A stretch of DNA of 29,314 nt from Tubiluchus corallicola (lineage: Eukaryota > Animalia > Priapulida), in the NCBI GenBank assembly GCA_030141605.1, contig JAQGDQ010001689.1:1-29314 (forward strand). The letters are read 5' to 3'. Of the stretch, positions 1-21,851 are shown in pieces; position 1 is the stretch's first letter, and every line of letters starts with the position of its first letter. The translations under genes and the position numbers were made by a program. The notes beneath the pieces are model-generated. The model saw nothing but the letters and a program-made list of their open reading frames with translations, was not told the DNA's origin and searched no databases.

Positions 1-641
1 GGTACGGCACCTACTTGTTGTAAAACGCATTTCGGAAATGCAGGCGCTAGTGTCCCGTCTAACTAGGGAATGGCAAACTACATGTAACTAGAAGATCTAC
101 TCGGCAAACTACTCGAAGAACTAGTGGCGCGAATGCGAAATTATGGTAATAATTCTTTCACATAAGTCATTTTTTAAAAAAAATAGTATGTTTCCTTTAA
201 ATTTTTTAAAAAGTAAATTGTTTTGAACTACAGTTTAAGATTGAGTCCAGTTTTGCTTAAAACAAAAATCTCAAAAAGAATTTGCAAGCATTGAATGGGC
301 TAAATGAGTATCTTTGGAAACGTAACTTTTCGAGTCTTTGGCGTGAGTGAGCGAGAATGACATAGGTAGTGCAAAAAAAATCTTTGGTTACCGATGTTTG
401 TTTACAGAACTTAGCTTGTTTACCCACGTGTACAGGAAGGTGACCCGTGACTGTACACGTTACGTCATTCGTCACGTGCAACGAAAAATGGTGGTTGTTA
501 AAATTTGATACAGCTAATAACAAAGTGAAAAAATCAAAAGAAACCAGTTTAAGAGTAAGTTAATGATGAAATAAATTGAAAATTCGAAATGAGAGTAGGA
601 TTTTAGGTTATAAATGCTTATATTACAGTGAGGGTTTAGTT

Positions 642-1056
642 CAGGGGTGTGCAAATTATCTGACTAGCCGAGCCACATTAAACTTTCCCGCAATTCCTGC
701 GGGCCACATGCAGTTTGGTCAAGGAGCCAAGTACAGTAGGACCTGATAACGATTTTTTTGCATCCGATTTGCGCACATCATCAGTACTGCACTACTACGC
801 TCCAGAAACTATTTTAGAAGTTATTAAAATTTATATTAAAAACCAGATATTTCGTCATGTCCGACAGTGACATTAAGTGACAACGGTCTTGTAAGGGTTA
901 ACGCCATCCGATCTAGAGGAAAAAACTACCCGCACTATCTTTGCGATATTGGCGCAGACTTCAGCTGGGTCGCGTGGGCTGCACTTTCATTACATTGACA
1001 AACCTCTTCGCGGGCCGCACAAGATCTCTCTGAGGACCGCAATTTGCACACCCCTG
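642..1056. mobile_element. hAT-type MITE, 415 bp
   Basis: Perfect 16-bp TIR CAGGGGTGTGCAAATT (642-657 / 1041-1056); perfect 8-bp TSD GTTTAGTT (634-641, 1057-1064); subterminal GCGGGCC motifs; no coding capacity. Confidence 0.92.
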
Positions 1057-1823
1057 GTTTAGTTTGTCTTTAGCAATTCTAAAGAAAGCAATAGACGTCA
1101 AATATAATAAAAACACACAGAAGTGCAGTTACAAGTACTACTAGCCAAATAATCATCAAAAGGAGAGTTAAACTGCTAGCATTGACCTCATAAAGATAGT
1201 GCATACTGCCAAGATAAGAAACTTATTAAATTCAATTTTCAACAAACTGCAAATGCCATTCGTTTGGTAAACATAATCCATGTGTTCTGTTTGTGCATTT
1301 ATTGACCTTCAAATAACTTACGACCTTGACACAAGTCAAATAGTTTCACCACGACTAGCTTTCACTAAAATACATCACATGCCACAGTTTAACAACAAAC
1401 AGACGTACAGAAATTCAACAGCAGACACATATTAGGCGATTTCTGTCGTCTTTTTCCCCGTTCTGTCGACTTTTGGTCTCCTGTTCTTATTAGGACCTAA
1501 TACAATATATATACACTGGACAAAGATGGATTACATATCCCATGCATAGAATATTTGTGACGATAACTCTAATTCTTTGAATGGAAAGCAAAAGGAAATT
1601 AAAGACACATCACGGACGAAATACCACCGGTCACTGGACAATGGTCAAGGGAGGAGGGCTGGTTGACCATTTTTCAAATCTGTAAAGCATCTATCCGAGT
1701 CCCAAGTATGCGTTGCACATGATCATAAGGTTTCTTCCGGAAGCCTAAAGCAGCTGTATAAATATAAATGCTTACCCCTTTTTTCAGCCTGCAATGGATA
1801 AACACAGTATATCATGGTCTGCA

Positions 1824-2192
1824 AGGGCCGGATTATTCTAAGGGGTAGTATAAGCTGCAGCCCGGGACCCTACAAGCTTGAGGAGCCATTAAGCTGTGGC
1901 AACATTAAATTATTTGTTAAAAAAATCTGTTTTTCCACTACGTTTGCGTTAATTTCATTTGGAATAAATTGTAAAAAAGTGGAATTTCTTAACGAATATT
2001 TTAATTGCAAAACAAAAGACAGCTGTTCTAGTTTATTTAAAGAATTTGCAAATACGTTTACTTCAAGCTAAATAAATGTCGCTACAAAATATCACGAGTA
2101 ACAAGGTGCAGGCGAGAAAAAGGGTGGCTCTGACTGAGGGGGTCCATAATTTCATTAGCCTAAAGGGTCTCAGTAGATCATAATCTGCTCTG
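1824..2192. mobile_element. degenerate hAT-type MITE
   Basis: Imperfect TIR (left AGGGCCGGATTAT, right reverse complement CAGAGCAGATTAT); 8-bp direct repeat GGTCTGCA at 1816-1823 and 2193-2200. Confidence 0.7.
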
Positions 2193-2290
2193 GGTCTGCA
2201 CACATTATTTACCAACAACATCTACAATGCCATTAAATGGTCATATTGCCAACTACATGTAACAAAATTACTTATGGACTACAAAAAGCT

Positions 2291-2689
2291 GAAATCGATG
2301 CCTTTCAAAGGCGAAATTACAGAAACATTTTGGGTATTAGATGGCCAAGGAAAATTTCAAACAAAGATATATATGAAAAAATAAAAGAAGAACCTTGGAC
2401 AAGAAAAATAAAAAGACGCCATTTGAGATGGATTGGGCATATGCTTAGACTACCTGATGATGTTCCAGTGAAGATAACTCTTCAACAAGCCATAGAACCA
2501 GCTAAAAAACCTGCAGGAGAACAAATGTTAACATATTTAGATTTTGCACAGAAAGATTTAAACACTTCAGCATTGATCCTTAGAAATAAATGCACTTGGG
2601 GCATTGCGGCGTGTAGGGAGTCCTGGCATAGGGAGGTGAGCAGAATCATGTCACTGGACGTGTGATTCATTGGATGATGATAATGATGA
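2291..2689 (+). mobile_element. 5'-truncated RTE-clade LINE (ORF C-terminus plus tail)
   Basis: Translation IDAFQRRNYRNILGIRWP...RRHLRWIGHMLRL is typical of the RTE post-RT region; (TGA)n-like tail at ~2674-2690; 11-bp TSD TACAAAAAGCT at 2280-2290 and 2690-2700. Confidence 0.88.
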
Positions 2690-3766
2690 TACAAAAAGCT
2701 ACTGTACTTTCAAACAAATGATCAAATGAATGGAAGAGTAAATGTTTCTCAGTCCAAAACCTGAACATAGTACAGTGATACCTCGAGACACGAAATTAAT
2801 TCGTTTCGGAGGGGCTTTCTTATCTTAGAATTTACGTTATAAATGGCGCAATTCATTCCAGCCCCCGGAAATACGAAATGCATTCTGGGAGGACCGCTGT
2901 CGGCGACGCTTTCGATTTTCGTTTTCGCATCTTGAATATTTTTTGTTAAATGGGACGGAAATTTCTTCGAAGCCCGATTCATATTCTCAATTTTTCGTAT
3001 AATTCTTCTACGGGGTAGTTTCTATTTTCTATTAACCTTTCTTCTACTCCTTTACTGCTCTTTTCTATTACACTCAGTCCACATTCATTTGGGGTACTCT
3101 AAACAAGTAAACACTTCTTGAGTACCCCACGGGTCATTTGCGGCTTGGCATCTTGTACACATAATAATAAATATATTATTAAATACTTTTATGTACAATG
3201 CTGTAATGATCATTGTGGATATATTTAATAAATAAATAAAAATAATAAATAATAGGGTTTTCATAAGTTGATGTTCCACTGTACATTCAAAGTCGTGATC
3301 TACTAATAAAAAACTTAAGATTTCAACTAACTTACGTGTTTCCTTGTGAAGTATGTGTACTTGCATGGGCTGACGACTGATTCGACTCCCGCTGCGCTTC
3401 TATAAGCAGTTTTTCCATATCGCCATTGTGAATGGATGACACGCGTATCATACCGCCGTTTCCGTTTTTGCCGTTCTTCTCCCCGTCTACTTCAACCCAC
3501 GATTCTGAAGAAAAGTACCCGGCTTAACAATTTCAAAAATACCCAGTCTGAGTCTCAATGATGGCATGAACTTGCTTACAACCAAGTTTTGTTTTAACGC
3601 AGCTACATTCAGGTACCTCTTCTTACAAGGGCGCATTACAAACATTATGACTTTCTAGGACTGTTACGCATTCAAATTTACAAAAACCGTTTTTGGCGAG
3701 TCAAACAATCGAGACAGACATACGTCAGAGATATCGTAAATGCAATATTTTACTGCCCTACATTAA

Positions 3767-4355
3767 CCCTTATAGGGTCACGATTTTTTACAACCGATTT
3801 TGGTAACCGGGGGGTAAAAAATTACCCCCAAAAATAATTCGTAAATTACTTTTGATAAACCGCCGTGTTTCATTAGTAAACAGCAACAGCAACTGCTTAA
3901 AGACATGTGACTTACTAGTAATACGAAACTTAAATTCATTTAGTTACGTTCCCTTATCTATGCTGGAATAACTGTAGACAACCGACATTGCTAGCGCGTG
4001 TGCAAAAATCATTGTTATTTTGAATTTATTGTCTACTACTTTCTTCTTTTAGGTGCTTTCAACTTCTTCTCTTCTTTTTCTTCTTCTACTTTCTTCTCTT
4101 ATACATCGCCTGTATGATGTATAAATACGTAAGCGAAGTAAAGTTACGACAATTTAAAAAAAATCAACGTATTGCATTTTCACTTTTATTTTGTGGTGAG
4201 ACAATGCGCCTAAAATAAATAACTGAAAGTATTTTGTCCACAAAACATATTTAGAAAAAGTCATAGAAAAGGTTTACTGGGATTCGCATGGTAAAAGGGT
4301 AAATGGCAAAAAACCAGTCTGGGGTAATTTTTTACCCCCGGTGACTCTGTAAGGG
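3767..4355. mobile_element. piggyBac-type MITE, 589 bp
   Basis: TTAA TSD (3763-3766, 4356-4359); TIR CCCTTATAGGGTCAC vs CCCTTACAGAGTCAC (13/15); asymmetrically spaced internal inverted repeat CCGGGGGGTAAAAAATTACCCC / GGGGTAATTTTTTACCCCCGG. Confidence 0.9.
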
Positions 4356-6906
4356 TTAATACCAACTGTACTGTTTTCAGGTTCATTCATGGTAAGAGCA
4401 AGTCCAGAAAATTCTGGAAGTAAAAATTATGAAAAAAAAAACAGATTGCATGAATTCAGGTAACATTTAAAAAATCAAATTATTACAATGATGTAATAGG
4501 CTTTAAATTTGTAAAATGAAGCTAACATATGCTAATTTAAGAAAATAAAAAAAAACTGCACCGTATTCCGGTTTTGATGTATAGAAACAATTAAATGTTA
4601 GAACAATAAGACACATAATAATTCACATAATAAGTAAAGCACACCACAGAAAATGCAGAGACAATTATATTAAAGCATTTTAACTTTTTCAGAGTGAGAA
4701 TCTGAAGCAAAGAACCCAAAATTTCTGGATATACAAGGTACAAAGTATACATCACCAGAATCAGGTTCTTTTTAATTTTGCCCACAATACTGCAGATACG
4801 TTCAATTAACTTGTTTTGCCCTATTGTTTAGAGAGAGAAAAATTAATTTTAGGATATCACTAAGATCAACACACCAACGAAATTAATTCGTGCATAAATT
4901 GACATACAAACGAAATATTCTTGTTTCTTACCCATTTTAGTATGTATCTGTACGTTACTTTCGGCAAATGTAATGCGAAACCTGCTCAATTTAATTCAAT
5001 TTAATTTCAGCCAACCAAAGCAGTAAACATCACTTTCAATTTCCAAGAATTCCACAGAGCAAACGCTGAAAAAAACAATTAAGGCGTGTGCTTACGTTAG
5101 CACCTTACCATGTAAAGGATCGTTTTCCTGTGAGTTTTTACTCATATTGCTGATATGAGCAAGAAGCTTGACTACAAACGGATGACACAAGACTCTGCAA
5201 AACAGTAGTATTTTTCAAATAAATTGCTCATTCATCATCGAACTTTAATTCACCTCAACCACTTTCACTTTTTTGTTGTTTTTATGCAGGAAACGTCATA
5301 CGTAAACAAGAGTCACGAGGTCAGTTTGTCCAATGGCAGATTCCTGCGTGATTTTTTTTAGCCAATTAGGATGAAGTAGGCGGTACTGAAAATAAAAGCG
5401 TGTGAATGATCACAGACACCAGTAGTTTCGTTGTACTCGACGCCAGCAGACGGCACTACATTTATGCTGAGATTACTAAAACAGATATTACAGTAGCTGA
5501 GATCATGCAACCGTCTGCTCAGCACAACATACAGTCCTGGCTGTTTGGCTGTCTTACAAGATCTTTCATGTGTTATTTTTCATTCAGAATTACCATAACA
5601 CAATGACAGTATTCCAATCACACACTGCAGAAAGCGTACCCCCCCCCCCCGAGTCAGCAATAGCTATATATTTTCTGGAAATACTAGAGCGAGATCTATT
5701 TTTTGATGTGACAACTGCCACAAATATAGAACATATAATGAGGCAATTCCCTGTGAAATTATGACTAAAAATTAACAAAAACGAAATAAACCACAATTAC
5801 AGCACACACCAATGGCAGGAATCAAGGTTTTGTGACTGCTAGCTACACGAACATAACAAACTGATCAGAATAAAGCATAACATCGCAGAGAAGCTGTTCT
5901 TTTTATGCAAACCAATCAGTGCTAAGCCCTTTTTTGTATGGAAACACCAATAACTTCGTAAGCCACCTAATCTTCTAGGAGACAGCATATCCGAAGATTT
6001 TTCAAAAGGTAAAATAATCTTGGAAATTTGAATTCGCAAATGTAAAACCCGGTAACGATAACTACGGCAATGAAACTTTTTCTCAAAAAGTTAAACTAAT
6101 AGAGCTAAATGCTAAAACAGTTTTGTATAAATTTTGTTAATTGAAAACAGCAATGTCATTGTTAAGTTTGGTGGTCGATCACGACTATTTTTCAATGCAA
6201 AATGAGCCTATTAAAATGGCTTTTTGACATGGCAGAATCTTTTAGCTTTATTCAGTAAATTCAAAACTTACTGATCTTATTTTTCCGTGAAAGGCATAGA
6301 TATACCACGAGACAGTAAGAAATAAGTACAAAATCAAGAAACTCAAAGTAAAACAGTGAGAAAGGATGGGTTATGCTGTGCACATTTACAGTGATGTCAA
6401 GAATGTTCAAAATTATTTCTTTCACATCACTTTCACAAATGGAAGTGGTGCTGACAGGCCACTGGCGTAGCAGTCTAGTTTTTTTGCTGGATTACTGCTG
6501 CGTTTACCTGTCTGAAGGCAGATTTCTTTTATTTTAGAATTCTGCTTGCCCAATGTCTACAATAGACGTGACGGGCGTATGATGATTTCTTTCACATACA
6601 TGTCATACTGACACTTGAATCTGACTGTGGTGTTAATTTACCTGTAGCGTACTATTAGAAATTACATTCTCTAGGAAGTTTCAGTCCTTTTATCATTAAA
6701 AATACTTAAATACATATAATTGTAATTACATAAATTTTATCATAATAGAAAAACAAACACATTCTTATAGTCAAAATATAGATTTAATAATAATAATAAT
6801 GTTATGCTAATATAAAATAAAACAGTGTGCATGAAATTACATGACAATATAAAATTTAAAAAAATAGGGAACAAAAAATATTCTAAGCTGTTTTGCTAAA
6901 ATGAGA

Positions 6907-6912
6907 TTTATT
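6907..6912 (-). promoter_or_regulatory. candidate polyadenylation signal AATAAA
   Basis: AATAAA on the minus strand about 20 nt after the stop codon; AT-rich context, so a chance match is possible. Confidence 0.4.
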
Positions 6913-6930
6913 GTATTGATCACATAATGG

Positions 6931-16118
<9,188 letters not shown>

Positions 16119-16563
16119 CTTACACAAGAAACCAAAACGAGAAATTCACATAATTTTTCCAATCATGTTACGGTATGTTAAAATCAATTTGCAAAAAAAA
16201 AACCGACAAATCTGCCAAATGTGATCTGAAAATCAGTGCATTCAATTATTTTTCAATGTAAAAAAATTGTCTAATAAACAGCTGTCTAAAAAGAGTAAAA
16301 TATGGCTATTAATATGCGGAATTGTTACAAAACCTGCAGAAAACAAATTCAAATAGCAAAACGTACACAATAAAATCAGTATGCATAATTAAACGACCAC
16401 CTTTCCATTTCTTTCAAAGTGACGTATGCATTGCACAGCAGTCTATTAAAGTTCACATGAGTAAACTTTGTGACATTTAGCATCGATAATCAAGCAATGC
16501 AACACACTATCTAAAACATCTAAATAATTAAAATGGACAACAGATTCAAAGGGTTACACCTAC

Positions 16564-16709
16564 CTATGTTAAAGCAGCCTGCTTTGTCGGCGTGTAAAAC
16601 GTGAGTGTTCCAACCCTACGTGAAAAAGCTCACTCATCGAGCTTGAAATCCATGGATGAATGAATCTGCAATCGTTCAATGACATCTGTCATGGATTCGA
16701 CAGTCAGCT
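16564..16709 (-). other. candidate non-coding first exon (5' leader) with two uORFs
   Basis: Starts at an Inr-like TCAGCT, ends at donor ATAG|GTAGGT (intron starts 16563); candidate acceptors at 16119 (gtgtaag|ATG) or 16334 (ttctgcag|). Confidence 0.5.
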
Positions 16710-16739
16710 GATGTGTTGTCAAGGAGAAACGTTTATATA
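16706..16739 (-). promoter_or_regulatory. candidate core promoter: TATA box and initiator
   Basis: TATATAAA (16739-16732) lies 30 nt upstream of the A (16709) of an Inr-like TCAGCT, oriented toward the oxidase gene. Confidence 0.5.
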
Positions 16740-17130
16740 AACGTAGCTGCTTGATTATTACGCTGCCGTGGTGTAATGCTGCTGCCATTGCTTGCACTAC
16801 GTTGTGATGGACACGAGAGAATTACTGGCTATATAATCAACAATTGACAATAAACAATAACACGTAAATGAATTAGACTGACTGATTATGACTTACAGAA
16901 AAACCAAAGAAATCGTTATTTATTAGTATTAGTATCAGTATTCTTTACTGCAAAATATGTTACGTACAATGTAAACATGAAAATAAAACCATATTTAGGC
17001 CTACGTATGTTAAAATTTAATTTGTACGTCGCCTCGGTATTGTTTGCTCTCGGCAAAACAACTAAAGCACGGGAAGTTATACTGTAGATCTTATGAATCG
17101 TTATGAAATGTTCAGTGGTTATTTTTCTGG

Positions 17131-18981
17131 CAGTGACTAAAAATGCGGATCCGTATCCGCGAACTGCAGCAACTAAAAATATGGATGCGTGTCTCGAAAG
17201 GATTCACTAGAATCCGGATCGATCCAATAGGATAGATACTAACAGGATATCAGTTTCTACTTTATCCGCAACCGTAAGATCCGCAAATTTGAATATCGGC
17301 ATCCGCAAAATCCGCGGTTGAATGAAATTGAATAACCTCATATCTATATTACTACGTAATCCCAAGATAGGAGACGCCATTTGAACAACTAGCGGTGAAT
17401 GCGCGCAACACTCGGTCATATTACGGTGGGCGAGTCATGCTGTATTACTGTAGCGTGAACATAATGTCTGCTTAATTTTGGTATGAAAGAACCGTTTATC
17501 CCCCCCCCCCGTTTACATACGAAAAACAACAGGATTAGGTTAAAAACAGTTTTCTTATATTACGCTGAACTTTTAATTTTTTTCTCACATGATATGTTTA
17601 TATTGTCAATTAAATACATATGCGTCTTCCCATTGTAACAGTCTTATCTCACTAATTAGCATTCTTAGTGCTTGAAAATTTCAATAATATAATAGAATAA
17701 TAAGTTTTAGTGTGCTTGCCTGACGTTAGTTAATATTTCTACTGATAAATACCTTGAAAAAGAATGTGAATATCCCATTACTGTGCATGATAGTTTTAAT
17801 TTTTAATAATAATTATAAAAATTTTTTACTGGAGTTCTGCTTCTTTACATGTAACTCTAAGGAAATTGCAACAACAGTGAATTATTGTTTTCTAACCAGC
17901 GAATTAACTAGTTTTCATCAACTAGCTTTATACATTACACAGTATGAGTCTTGGGCAATTCAAACCTTTAACTCAGAGGAATCAGAGAGAAAGCCAAGTA
18001 ATTTGATGTTTTAACTCAATATAAAGTGGATTAATGTGATAATTGAACGTAACTATACTTATTGCAGCCTTCAGTTAAATGCAAATTTGTAAAATGAGCT
18101 TTTTATTTTTTTTTAATAGAAATGACATATAAAACACTACAAAAATTATGTTGGAATATGGCAGTCATTGATTGTAGTACAGCTTTGATAGGCAAAATAA
18201 TAAAATAACTAATTAATATGGGACCTGGCTCACATAAAGATGTTTTAAAATGTTTACAATGGCAAACAAAATAATAAATCAAGCAAGTAATAGTGGCACG
18301 TTATAATATTCACAGCACAAATTATTTGGCAACAGGTGCATGTTACAGTTCAGCAACTCTTATAAATTGGAGCTACTGTATATCACATAAAGACTAAACA
18401 TTTTTGTTCTGTTTGACAAGTCAATAAATCACAACCCAAACTAAGGAAAAATACAGTTTAGTAGGTTATCGCATCTACAACACTCTATAGAAAAAAATAC
18501 AGGCTAGTAGGCCATCATATTACAACACTCTAAGAAATTCATAGCACTCTAAGATTTAAACTCTTGCAAACTGGCCTATTACACATCAAAATACTAAAGT
18601 TTTTTGTAACAATAAACAAAGTAAAGCAAACAAACTATTAATTAGTAGCTTATGCAACACTAAATCAAAGCTAACAATTTGCAAGACAATAAAAGGAGAC
18701 TAACTAATATTTACAGTGTAACTATTATATCACGAAGAAAAATGGTACCGAAGAAAAACGGTACGGCAGCAGGCTGTATGATGCCATATCACCATTTTCA
18801 TGAAGTGGGCATGTACTTTTCAATGATGTGCAGGGCACATGGTCAAACGCCGTATGTCGTAAAAATTGTCAAAATCCGTGTGTTTTGTAAATGTCACAAA
18901 AATCACGGATCCCTATTTTGTTGCAAAAATAGCTACGAATGCGCAGAAAAGACGAGTACGGATCCGTATCTCTAGCCACTG
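17131..18981. mobile_element. possible old non-autonomous hAT-like element (~1.85 kb), or ends of two related elements
   Basis: CAGTGACTAAAAATGCGGATCCGTA vs reverse complement CAGTGGCTAGAGATACGGATCCGTA (21/25); clustered ATCCG subterminal motifs at 17145-17315; no matching TSD. Confidence 0.5.
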
Positions 18982-19573
18982 CCTATCTTTATTTTGTACA
19001 AGGACAGTCATTTTGTATATCATTACATGTCGTGACTAAAGTCAAATTACGTCGACAGAACCCTGGTATACGATATCATATGGCTCGCAGTAGCTTCTTC
19101 TCTTCTCGTGTTTTGGCCTTTGGTATTCTGTTAATAGTGAAACTGTTGAAGCATCAAATCTGTCTCAGTTTCATAAATTAAGGAGAAACCGTCAAAAACC
19201 GCCTTGTAGTTAGACATCTTATTCTTTGGGCTTTTCGTAAGCAGCTGAAGCAAGTTCGCTAGCTAGTTAGGGCACGTCTGAGTTCTCGTAGAATTTCGAA
19301 ATTGAACGGTAGAAAACGCGTTATTGTGCTAGTCAGAAATAGTTTGAGGTAATTTTGTGTTCAAAAATGAAGTTATTTATCTGCAAAATAGCTGCTATTT
19401 CTTTTCACTAATCAAGGTTAAGTTCTGCACAAGACCACAGCAGTAAGTTTTATCAAATTTATTTTGAATTAGCTACAGATTGAATTGGATTACGATGTGC
19501 AAAATGGTTTTAACGCGGTTCCAGTAAAAACAACCTGACTGTGAAGTAAAAACGAAGTACCTGCCCTATAAGT

Positions 19574-20046
19574 CAGGCTGCATAAGATTATGGATATCCA
19601 TAAAATAAGATCAAAAATCCATAAAATAAAATTTGAAAAATCCATAAAATAAAAAATATTTTTTGTGTGATTTTTTTGTACAAAATAAGGCAATCAAAAC
19701 TGGTACGAATGTAGAATGCCCTTTAGGCTGAAGTTTCTGATCCAGTGCCTGTATTCAAATAGATGAATTATTTAAACTGAAGTGATGAATTACAAGGCAT
19801 TGTCTCATAAAATTTGATTAAATTTGAAGTGATATGAAACCGATAAAATTAAAACTAAGTCCTGCGTGTTTAAAAACACGTTTCAAGCACTCCTGTTTTT
19901 ACTTTTTAATTGATTCCCCCTGGGCATCTCGTTCCAGATATAGTCTATTTCTTATTTTATTGATATCCATCAAATAAAATTGTCAAAAATCCATAAAATA
20001 AGCTATTTTATTTATTTTATACATATCCATAATCTTATGCACCCTG
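19574..20046. mobile_element. hAT/P-type MITE, 473 bp
   Basis: TIR CAGGSTGCATAAGATTATGGATAT (23/24); near-TSD CCTATAAGT / CCTATAAT; subterminal ATCCATAAAATAA repeats. Confidence 0.85.
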
Positions 20047-21699
20047 CCTATAATGTTGTTTATTCTAACTCCTGCAAATTTATGCAATATAAATGGTTCG
20101 TTTTCATATAGTGTTAGAAACCTGAAACTAGTTAATGGTTTAGTTACCAACAACTGGCTGAATTCCCGAAGCAATTAAATGTAGTTTTGGAGGCACTGTT
20201 ACACTTTCACACCTCACGGTTTTTTAAGTTTTTTTGCATCAAATTTTTAGATTAGAGTTTTTGAGATGGAGTCTCCATTATTTTAAGAAACTCTTTAATA
20301 CTTAAAAATTAAACCTTTGAAAAAGATTGGAGATTAGCTTATTAAAGTACACTACACTATTCATTTGCTGAGATAGACAATGTATTTTTAATTTTTTTCT
20401 TCAGTTTATTACAAAGATATACAATGAATTTCATTCTTACACAATATGTAGTCAATTAATTTCATTTTTCACCGATGTATTTTGTCAATGACTTTCATTT
20501 TTCTTCAATGTAGTTTTAAAAAGTTCCACCGTAATTTTATTTTTTACATTGTATTTCAAAAAGTAGTCAATGTATTTCACTTTCTGACAATGTTTTTAAG
20601 GAAACAGTTGATGGTTTTTACTGATTTTACAATGTATTTTGAAAAGCATTAAAAGAATTTCAATTTTTAAGAATTTTGTATAAGGTAGAGTACCTTAATA
20701 TGAACATACTCCTGCTGAGTATACATGTGTGCATGTATGTGTGATGCCAGTATGCCTGTAAATACAGATCTTTGAACACAGGCTTTACAAGCATCTGTAT
20801 TTACAAGAATACATCAAATTTCAAAAGTGCAGCTCCTCTATGGTATACTTATTATTATGGATAAAACCATCAACATCACTGCCACCACCACATGTGTAAC
20901 AACAACAACAACTACAGGTTCAAATATTATTATAGTACATCCTAGAATATGATAGCTTCGAACTCTTGAGGGGCAGCTGTACAGTGTCAAAGAAGTCTGC
21001 AACATGCCCCGGATAACGAATAGTACTTTGATAAAAGAAATTAAATCATGTGGATGGATGGAACAAACTTTAATCTCTTTTGATGACGGACGTCTGGATG
21101 GTCCAGGAAAGACAACAAAGCCACCTCGGATCCATTAGCACAGCCAGACCAACCAAACATTGATTGAGGCAATGACTGCTAACAGCCATTTTAAGTATAC
21201 AACTGAAGATGAGAAGCTTTGAATTTTGGGAGTTCTTGAAACATGGCAAGAAAAAATTTTCCAGTGGCAGTTATTACACTTGAATAGCATAGCTTGGCAA
21301 AACCATTTTAATTATTTTGCGCAAATAAAATCTTAAATATGAAAGTTAAGAGGTAAGGCAATTCTATCTGCGTAAATTTACACATTGCTTAGAATATCAA
21401 CATTATATGTATTTATTATGCCTTTATGTCCATGATATTTATGTTCAAATTTAAACTTAATCTCAATAGTTTTACACACCTTATTCTGAAATCTTCGTCA
21501 AGATAATTGCGCATATTACTAATAGCAACATTACTTACAGGGTGGTTGACTTTGGTAACTTTTAGTTTTTCGCCACCCTTTACCAATCACTTGAATATCA
21601 TTAACTCAGATAATTTACTCAATTAATAATCTTGTCACTTTATATCATATTATCGTTTCATGCTCTGTGTTTTTCTTGTAAAAAAGGTGATAAATAAAG

Positions 21700-21806
21700 A
21701 TACTTACTTACTTACTTACTTACTCACTAAATAATTTGAAGGCTAATGCAACCAGCCAACATCTGCAGTTTGGTTTGTCATCATGATCACGATCATCATC
21801 ATCATC
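21700..21806. repeat. microsatellites (TTAC)n and (ATC)n
   Basis: TACTTACTTACT... at ~21701-21727; imperfect ATC run at ~21779-21806. Confidence 0.8.
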
Positions 21807-21851
21807 AAAGAATCATTATCATAATCATGTAAAATTGTGTAATTATTAAAA

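Noticed and set aside
1675-1790. Minus-strand 13-nt microexon plus terminal exon GFRKKPYDHVQRILGTRIDALQI*
   Set aside because: It would need a ~31-nt intron and has no recognisable homology; cannot be supported without transcripts.
2237-2665. 142-aa ORF as a host gene
   Set aside because: It is a LINE fragment fused by chance to an upstream ATG lying outside the TSD.
20370-20660. Recurrent CAATGTATTT motifs
   Set aside because: The period is irregular in very AT-rich DNA; no unit could be defined.
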